DNA from: Pelagomonas calceolata
Lineage: Eukaryota
Direction: 5' to 3'
Length of the DNA: 64,000 nucleotides
NCBI GenBank assembly: GCA_918797485.1
Contig: CAKKNE010000005.1
Span: forward strand, 4,216,001-4,280,000
Positions 53,982 to 61,024 of the stretch are shown piece after piece; positions within the stretch are counted from its first letter, which is position 1, and each line of letters opens with the position of its first letter. The translations under genes and the position numbers were made by a program. The notes below the pieces were generated by a model. It ran no database searches and had not been told where the DNA came from. It saw nothing but the letters and a program-made list of their open reading frames with translations.

Positions 53982-54300
53982 TTACGCGCACGAAGATGAC
54001 TCCAGCTCAATACTAGGCATCGCCAGCCGCGGCCGCGCCGCCGGCGCCGCGTCGTAGCCGCGCGGCCCGAGCCAGAACGACGCGACGCACGCGAACGCGT
54101 CGTCGGGGAGGCACTCGGAGTCGAAGAGCGCCGCGACGACGGCGTACTGCGCCGCGACCGCCGCGGCGAGCTCGCGGAGCGTGGCGTACTTGTGCTTGCG
54201 CAGCGCGACGAACTCCGTCGTATGAACTGAGCGGCGCGGGTTCAGCCCGCAAAACCCGTTCAGATATTGATGTTCGGCTCCATGCTGGGCGCGTCTGAAG
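53982..54300 (-). pseudogene. Possible coding fragment without start codon
   Basis: Frame ...TEFVALRKHKYATLRELAAAVAAQYAVVAALFDSECLPDDAFACVASFWLGP... has GC3-rich codons but an upstream TGA and no ATG. Confidence 0.3.
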
Positions 54301-54468
54301 GTTCAAAAGGCGCCCAAGGGCCCGAGGAGACGCCTCGGGAACAAGCCGGCACGGCACGCGGCTCGACGTGCCTGCGCCGAGTCGCCGACGTGAGTGGCCT
54401 CGTCTGAAATCAGCAACTCTCACGCTTGTACGGAGATTACCTTACACAAACCAAAAATTAAAACAACA

Positions 54469-55116
54469 TCACCGAGGCAACGGCCTCCCGAGAAACCACG
54501 TCCGCTCGTCGAGCGTCGCCGCCGAGCAGTCTCCGACGACGACGAGATCCGCGCGCGCCGCGATGATGCAGGAGCCGTCGCGGTGGCGCAACGTCCGGTC
54601 GTGCGCGTGCGTCCAGACGGCGTGCGTCGTCGCGCCGACGGCGCACGGCTCCGTGTCGAGACCCCCGTCCTGCGCGACGACGCAGCGCATCGGGTCTTCG
54701 CCGACCGTGCCTCCGACGATGAGGCGCCCGTTCCGCGCCAGCAGAAACAATTGGGACTCAGCCCCTTGGCGCAGGCTGCGGCAGGGCGCCGCGCCGGGGC
54801 CGCGCGCCGCGTCGAGGCAGCCCTTGGCGCCGCGGAACGTGCCCAGGTGCTGCCAGTCGCGCCGCGCGTATTCTGGCGGTTCCGTGCCATTGATGTTGAG
54901 CAGCGCGCCGCCGCGCGCGTCGTAGTGGATCAGCGACGGGTGGATGTCGACCTCCGGCGCGCTCCGCCGGTGGTGATGCAGCAGACTCCAGATCGTCGAC
55001 GCGACGGCGAGCAGCGCGACCCACGCGAGCAGGATTTTTAGCGGGTCTTCTGCGCGCCGCTTCCCATTGTTGTGGTAGAGCGGTAGCTTTTGGGAGCGCT
55101 TTCGCGGCGACGGCAT
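54469..55116 (-). CDS. Type II membrane protein with probable ricin-B (beta-trefoil) lectin-like domain
   Basis: TM ILLAWVALLAVASTIWSLL, then three Cx(10-15)C...[QW]xW-like subrepeats (GCLDAA..PC..SQLF, RCVV..PC...VW, SCII..DC...TWF). Confidence 0.6.
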   Translation of the reverse strand: MPSPRKRSQKLPLYHNNGKRRAEDPLKILLAWVALLAVASTIWSLLHHHRRSAPEVDIHPSLIHYDARGGALLNINGTEPPEYARRDWQHLGTFRGAKGCLDAARGPGAAPCRSLRQGAESQLFLLARNGRLIVGGTVGEDPMRCVVAQDGGLDTEPCAVGATTHAVWTHAHDRTLRHRDGSCIIAARADLVVVGDCSAATLDERTWFLGRPLPR

Positions 55117-55229
55117 GCTGCCAGGCGCAAGCAGGGCTCGGCCACAATCCGTATATGTGCTATGGCTGAGAGATGCACGAGCAGCGCTACGCAAACCAAA
55201 GCTACTCGGCGGCGGCCGGCCAGGAGTGA

Positions 55230-55257
55230 GCTAGCGGTCTGTAAGACACTAGCAAGC
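55230..55257 (-). promoter_or_regulatory. Conserved intergenic motif copy 10
   Basis: + strand GCTAGCGGTCTGTAAGACACTAGCAAGC. Confidence 0.75.
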
Positions 55258-55511
55258 CTGAGACATGTCTCGGAGGCGTCTGCGCGAGGGGCGACCGTAA
55301 CGTTCAATACCGGTAGAGTGGCATCCACAATGTGCAGTCAATTTGTTTTTGTTTTTTTACACGCGGGGGTTCTTAAAGCGGGAGCCGCGGGGGCCCTAGG
55401 GATTGGGATGGGGACCGCTCGGAATCCAGGGACGGGTCCGGGTGCAGGTTGGATTGAGTTCCCGGAGGACGGTGAGCACTGGAGCACGATCTGGACAGGT
55501 GGGGCGCGACT

Positions 55512-55886
55512 TCAGGGAAAGACACACTTGCCGCAGCAAGCGGGGGGGACCGCAGGTGAGAAGCCGCCGCCAGCCTCTTCGCAGCCGGAGCGTGTCGACA
55601 GGCTATCACACGACTTATCCTCGTCGGCGAACACCCACCCGGTGATTTCTTGACAAGTGAAGACCCCAACACATGGAACAACCCCATCCTGTTCGCCACA
55701 TTGAGCTTCCTCCACGAAAACCCCCACACACTTAGTTTCAGTGCCACCAGATTCATCTTCGACACTCCAACAAACTTCTCTTGGGCCGGCCGCGCAGGGG
55801 CAGGGCTGAGTGACGCCAAGCGCCTCCGCCGTGTCCGGCGCCGCGGCGAACGCGATGGCGACGAGGAGGGAGACAGTGCGCGCCAT
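55512..55886 (-). CDS. Small secreted cysteine-rich protein
   Basis: Signal peptide MARTVSLLVAIAFAAA and 12 Cys in the ~100-aa mature region. Confidence 0.65.
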   Translation of the reverse strand: MARTVSLLVAIAFAAAPDTAEALGVTQPCPCAAGPREVCWSVEDESGGTETKCVGVFVEEAQCGEQDGVVPCVGVFTCQEITGWVFADEDKSCDSLSTRSGCEEAGGGFSPAVPPACCGKCVFP

Positions 55887-56111
55887 GTTGCCGAAGTGAA
55901 GTGGATGCCTGCGGCGTCGGAAATATCGCTTCCCCGGGGTCGCGCGGTGCTCGTGGCCACCAGAGCTCTGATTGGATATGAGCTAAGTCGAGGTTTCTCG
56001 CTCGAGCGGCGCGGCGCCCCGTGGTAGCGTTAAAAATACAAACGTAGGCCCCGGTTTCACGATCATCTACGCCGCCGCGGGCCTCGTAATCGTGGTTTTT
56101 TACGCCTGCTT

Positions 56112-56138
56112 GCTTGCTAGTGTTACAGGCCCTCTAGC
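56112..56138 (+). promoter_or_regulatory. Conserved intergenic motif copy 11 (degenerate)
   Basis: GCTTGCTAGTGTTACAGGCCCTCTAGC. Confidence 0.55.
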
Positions 56139-56180
56139 GCTTAGCTGAAAGCCATGCGCACGGACTACAACAAAGACAAG

Positions 56181-57674
56181 TTACCGCCGCCACCGAAACC
56201 CAAAAGCAATCGCCTCGAGCGACGCCGTCAAGGTCGCCTTAAAGTTCCGCCACGTGAGCGCGAGCGGCAGCAGCGGGTCGTCGTCGGCGCCGTCGTCCAG
56301 GCCGGCGAGCTGATCCGCTGCGGCGGCCGCCGCCGCCGCGTCGCCGCGCGTCCGCGCCCGGAACTTCGCCGCGTCGCGCACCAGCGCCGCTGCGACCAAC
56401 GCGAAGCCGAACCCTAGAATTTTGGGCGCCACTTCCACGACCAAGGCGCACGTCGCACAGGCGAGGGCCGCCGTCGCCGACGCGAGCGGCACGCGCGCGC
56501 AGGCCTTGCGCGCCTGCTTCGAGTACGCGTCGGCCACCGCCGCCGTGCGGCCCTTGGCGGCCACGGACTCGGTTGCCCGCGCGATGCCGTACTCCGCCGC
56601 CGTCAGGTAGTAGGCGGCCTGCGCCGCGGCCACGGCGGAGGCCACTGGGGCAGCTAAAGCAAAGCTGCCTGAATACGTCATGAACGCCGCCGCGAAGGGC
56701 GCCGGTAATATGGACCGGGCGAACCCGACCCAGAGCGCGGTGTCCGCCTTCGCCTCGTCCTGGGACAGCTCCACGACGGAGCGCCAGGTGTAGCCCACGT
56801 TTTCACTCGTAGCAAAGCGCCTCCTCCCGAGCGCTTGCGCCTTGTCGCACCGCCTCCGCGAATCCTGCTCCGCCACCACCGCAACAGACGCCGCCAGGAT
56901 GGACACCGCGGGGCAGACCAATGAGACAAGTGTGCGACTCCGCACGGCCGCGGATCGATCGACGAACAACGGCTGCGTCGCCGGCACCTCCATCGTCGGC
57001 GTGTTGTATTTCACGAGCGGCGCCCAGCGTGGCGCTTCGTCGTAATACTCGGGGATCTGCTCGACGGCCGTCGCGGGCTCGACGAGTTCTAGTAGAGCGG
57101 GCGCCGACGAGCTGAGAGCTGTCGCCGTCGCTCCCAGTACGACACATACGGGCAGCACCGACTTGACGCGCTCGGCGCCGGCCAGGATCTCCTCGGCCTC
57201 GGCCGCGGCGCGCACGGCGACAGCTGAGACCTCGTGCGCGTTCGCCGCGGCGCGCAGCGCGCCCCACTCCTTGTAGCCGCCGATCGCCGCCGTGGCCGCG
57301 GCGCCGGCCGCGACCGCCGCGGCCGGCGCCGCCGCCGTGAGCGTCGCGCCGGCCGCGACGGCCGTCGCCGCGCCCAGCGCGACCTTCTCTCTCCTTTCGA
57401 GCGCGCCTCGCCGGTCGCTGCTGAAGTCGACGCGGTCCATGTCCCGCGTGACGCGCGCGACGGCGCGGTCGATGGCCTGGGCCTCTCGATCTTTTCGCTT
57501 GACGCTCTTCGCCTCTTCGACGGCCGCTCGGAGCGACTGCGGCGCGTCACTGGCGGCACTCGCGGTCGCTCTCCGCCGCACCGAGGTCCTGGCCACCGCG
57601 CGGTGCGGCCCGGGCGGTGTCGTGAGAGCTGAAGCGCTGACTACCAGGAGCAGTAGGGCATGCCACGCCACCAT
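56181..57674 (-). CDS. Hypothetical Ala-rich membrane protein, plastid-targeted
   Basis: MVAWHALLLLVVSASA|LTTP presequence, several hydrophobic segments, internal semi-repeat. Confidence 0.7.
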   Translation of the reverse strand: MVAWHALLLLVVSASALTTPPGPHRAVARTSVRRRATASAASDAPQSLRAAVEEAKSVKRKDREAQAIDRAVARVTRDMDRVDFSSDRRGALERREKVALGAATAVAAGATLTAAAPAAAVAAGAAATAAIGGYKEWGALRAAANAHEVSAVAVRAAAEAEEILAGAERVKSVLPVCVVLGATATALSSSAPALLELVEPATAVEQIPEYYDEAPRWAPLVKYNTPTMEVPATQPLFVDRSAAVRSRTLVSLVCPAVSILAASVAVVAEQDSRRRCDKAQALGRRRFATSENVGYTWRSVVELSQDEAKADTALWVGFARSILPAPFAAAFMTYSGSFALAAPVASAVAAAQAAYYLTAAEYGIARATESVAAKGRTAAVADAYSKQARKACARVPLASATAALACATCALVVEVAPKILGFGFALVAAALVRDAAKFRARTRGDAAAAAAAADQLAGLDDGADDDPLLPLALTWRNFKATLTASLEAIAFGFRWRR

Positions 57675-57841
57675 CTTCACCCTGTCGTGTTGCCACCCCT
57701 GTCGTGTTGGCCCCGCAGGGCTATTCGATATACCAGTCTTCGCCGGAGGTCCTTCTGCTGGCTCTGAACTCTCGTTTGAACCACGTCTCACCACCGCTGG
57801 ACCACTACGTAGCGTGTACGGCGGCTCGAGCCAGACTGCTT

Positions 57842-57869
57842 GCTAGCGTCGCGTAACACACTAGCAAGC
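57842..57869 (-). promoter_or_regulatory. Conserved intergenic motif copy 12
   Basis: + strand GCTAGCGTCGCGTAACACACTAGCAAGC between divergent genes. Confidence 0.65.
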
Positions 57870-58341
57870 GGCTCATTCGTCTGCTTTTTGGCCCTGTACA
57901 CAGCAGCCGCAAGATCAATGGCACAGAGAAGCGAGTTCTAGAAGTCTTTGCTGCACTACTGCGACGCACGCTGTCTTCTAGCACCGCGCGCCCTGCGCCA
58001 ACAACGAAACGAATCGAGGCAGGCGCCGCCGCAGCGAAAACAAAGCGATGGCGCGCGCAACCGAAGCCCTGAGCGCCCTCGTCGAGGGCTTCTCGTCGTT
58101 TAGCCTCTTCCCGCCCTTCGGACCTAGAGCATTGGCGCGGTCCGGCGCGACCGCGCTACGCACAAGGCAAGTCGTGCAGTGGGGAAGGGTGGTTATTGCG
58201 GCCGTGCTAGGCCGGCGGAGCGGGAGAATAGTGCGTGCATTCAGTGAACGATGCGCCCTGCCCGAGATGCCGCTGAGCCTCAAGCTCACACTACTCATAG
58301 CGGCGCACGCGGCTTTGGGGAACGTGCGGTCCGGGCGGACC

Positions 58342-60579
58342 ATGTATTTTTGGAGGTTTGTCGCCGGTTGTGTCGCGGCCTTTGGGTGGGCGCCGCCGCG
58401 GCACGACGCGCGTTCGAGGAGGAGCGACGCGTGGTCGATAGCGGGCCGAGCGTGCGGCGCCTCTATACCATTATTAGGGTTGGCCGCGCGGAGCTTCTGG
58501 CGGCGTGTATTGCGGGGGCTGCTCGCCGCCGTTTCTACACAAAGACCGCTGCCGAAGTCCCCCGACGTTAGAGTGGTGTGGTACGCGGTCGTCCAGGCTT
58601 GTCTGAGGCATAAAGTGCGGACGCTGGAGGTCTTGCTTGGTATTGTACTTGTATCCTACCTGCTCACGAAGGCGCCTCGTATCAGACGGCAAGCATCCCT
58701 ACCCATTGTGCGAGCGGCGAGTACCCCCGTCAAGAGAAGAGGTACTGACGAGCCGCCCGTGCCCCGCTTATATCTACAGTCCTGCGACAACGACCGGGCC
58801 AAAGCCACGGAACGGTGGCGCGCCACCCAACAATGGCGAAGGGAAAGGAACGTCGATAGTATTGCTATCAGTCAACAACCGAAGTACCACGACATCAAGC
58901 GCGTCTACCCGCACTATTTACACGGCAAGACGAGGGACGGGGCCATCTTCATGTGGGAGCGCGTCGGGCGGCTCGATACGTCGGCGCTGAAGAGCGGTCG
59001 CGTGACGACGGACGAGGCTTTTAGACATTTTATCTTCGTCCACGAGTACATGGCTCGAAAATATGATGGGGAAGAAACGCGCATGGTCACGGTCTTAGAT
59101 ATCGAAGGGTTGCGGTTCAGCGAGGTCAACAAATTCCTCCTGAACCTCATCTCGACCGCGTCGGACGTCCTGAACAACTTGGCACCGTTCCGCGTGCGCA
59201 AGATCATCGTGGTCAACGCGCCGTCGTGGATCGGCGCGGCCTGGCCCGCCGTGCGGCGTGTCTTACCGCGAGACGTGAGAGACCGCGTCACGATCGTCGG
59301 AAGCGACTACCCTTCCACTTTGTCAGAAGTGGCTACCTCAGAGCAGTTACCGGCCGATTATGGTGGTAGTGGACCGCCTCTAGGTGAAGCCGATTCAGAG
59401 TTAGATATGCTCGACGCCGTCTGTGTCTTGAACGCCGGCGGCTCGGTAGACTTCCTCGACGAAACTAAAACGGTGGAAGCATTCGAGGAAGAAGTCACAC
59501 CACCACCTCCAGAAATACAGCCTGATACGCCGTGGTACGCGAAGTTATTGGGGCGGACGTCGTCGGCGAAAATCGCCCATCTGGGTAATACGGAGGGAGA
59601 GTTCTACTACTGCGAGCAACGAAAAAGGTGGGTCCTGGAGGGTGACGAAGATGAACAACCGGGCACGCCCGGTCGAAGTGTGTCAGAGGACGACGTCGTG
59701 CTGGCGATCCAGGCCGCGACGCTGCGCCGGTCGCTGTCGACGTCCGAGAACTTGGGCAGCCTCGCGCAGCGGACGCAGGACGATTTGAGGAGGACGCTGC
59801 CGAATCATTTTTCCGCGCCGGCGCGGGCCGTGCGCGACGCGTCGCCTGAACCGCCGTCGGAGGCCGACCCCTTGCTGAGCTTCGTCCTGGGATTAAATCT
59901 CGCGTCGGTCTGCGCCGCGAATTCTTTCTTGGTGGTCGCGGCGCCGTGCTGGGCGCTCGCGCCGGCGTCGCAGGGTGGGGTGGGGTTGCGCACGGCCGAC
60001 GCGTCCTGCGTGGTTGTTGTCGCTTGTGTGCTCGTGCTCGTGTTGAGAATAAGGGCGCCCGAAGCGCTCGCAAAAATGCCGCGGCGAGCACCATTAAGGG
60101 GCGTGCGCGTCGCGGGCGCGGCGGGCTGCCTCGCGACGCTCGCGGCGCCGGCGCTCCTCGCGGCGGCGCGGCAGGAAGGGTTATTGCCGCGCGACTCGAT
60201 CGCGGCGAAGGCCTGCGTCGCTGTGGTGGCGGCGGCATGGCTCGTGACGGGCCGGTTGGGCCGCGACGCCGCGGCGGCGGCGGCCGGCGCGGCGCGGGGC
60301 GGCCGCGTCCGGGCCGTGGCCGCGCTCTCGGACGCGGGCGACGTCGCCGGCGCGGTCGCCGCGTCGCTTTTGTCCACGGCGGCGGCGCCGCAGCGCGGCT
60401 TGTATCTCGCCGCTTTAGGTTATGCCGTGGTCTACGGCGTCTCGCTGGCCGTGTACCGGCGCGTCCTCGGCGACGTGTCCGACGACTCGGGCTCTGCGCC
60501 GTGCTCCATTTTCCTCGAGCTGCCCGCGCGCGACGTCCAGCGGATCGTGGACGACATGACCGAGGGGGACGAGGTCTAG
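58342..60579 (+). CDS. CRAL-TRIO (Sec14-like) lipid-binding protein with C-terminal multi-TM region
   Basis: YPHYLHGKTRDG, VLDIEGL, P.RVRKIIVVNAPSW...W..V, LPADYGGSG. Start uncertain (58048 or 58342). Confidence 0.85.
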   Translation: MYFWRFVAGCVAAFGWAPPRHDARSRRSDAWSIAGRACGASIPLLGLAARSFWRRVLRGLLAAVSTQRPLPKSPDVRVVWYAVVQACLRHKVRTLEVLLGIVLVSYLLTKAPRIRRQASLPIVRAASTPVKRRGTDEPPVPRLYLQSCDNDRAKATERWRATQQWRRERNVDSIAISQQPKYHDIKRVYPHYLHGKTRDGAIFMWERVGRLDTSALKSGRVTTDEAFRHFIFVHEYMARKYDGEETRMVTVLDIEGLRFSEVNKFLLNLISTASDVLNNLAPFRVRKIIVVNAPSWIGAAWPAVRRVLPRDVRDRVTIVGSDYPSTLSEVATSEQLPADYGGSGPPLGEADSELDMLDAVCVLNAGGSVDFLDETKTVEAFEEEVTPPPPEIQPDTPWYAKLLGRTSSAKIAHLGNTEGEFYYCEQRKRWVLEGDEDEQPGTPGRSVSEDDVVLAIQAATLRRSLSTSENLGSLAQRTQDDLRRTLPNHFSAPARAVRDASPEPPSEADPLLSFVLGLNLASVCAANSFLVVAAPCWALAPASQGGVGLRTADASCVVVVACVLVLVLRIRAPEALAKMPRRAPLRGVRVAGAAGCLATLAAPALLAAARQEGLLPRDSIAAKACVAVVAAAWLVTGRLGRDAAAAAAGAARGGRVRAVAALSDAGDVAGAVAASLLSTAAAPQRGLYLAALGYAVVYGVSLAVYRRVLGDVSDDSGSAPCSIFLELPARDVQRIVDDMTEGDEV

Positions 60580-60809
60580 TGTGATATGTTGAGGTTCACT
60601 TATCTTATGACAGACGACCCCCGACGTGTTGTCGGCTCTGTGACCCTGAGTGTGAGGGTCACTTCCGATTTTTAAGGGTTGATTTTGCGGCTGATTTTAC
60701 GCGAGATTAACCCAGCTTAATCCTTTTTTTATTCAACCGTCAGAGAGGTTAAAAACTAAACGCATGGCACGAACTGCATCGATGACCAAAAAAACTAACA
60801 ATTGAAAAG

Positions 60810-60980
60810 ATGGTGTCGGCCCTCGAGAATTACCTGCACGGGCAGGATTCGGAGCAGCTCAAGTGCCTCTTCGAGCCGAACAAGCTCACCAAGAAGAAGC
60901 GCGACAGCCTCGTCGCCACCGTCGGCCGGCTCCAGAAGGCGCAGGCGCGCATGAACCAGGGGATCCTCGCGCGGGGGTGA
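60810..60980 (+). CDS. Possible 56-aa small ORF or gene fragment
   Basis: MVSALENYLHGQDSEQLKCLFEPNKLTKKKRDSLVATVGRLQKAQARMNQGILARG*, GC3-rich, behind an AT-rich leader. Below the ORF-track cutoff. Confidence 0.35.
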   Translation: MVSALENYLHGQDSEQLKCLFEPNKLTKKKRDSLVATVGRLQKAQARMNQGILARG

Positions 60981-61024
60981 TCGATCTCGCGCATACGCGT
61001 TCTAACGTTAACATACTACAGTAG

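Noticed and set aside
406..57869. Promoter motif or introner repeats as a CRISPR array or REP elements
   Set aside because: Dispersed single copies with no regular spacer array and no cas genes, in a eukaryotic context.
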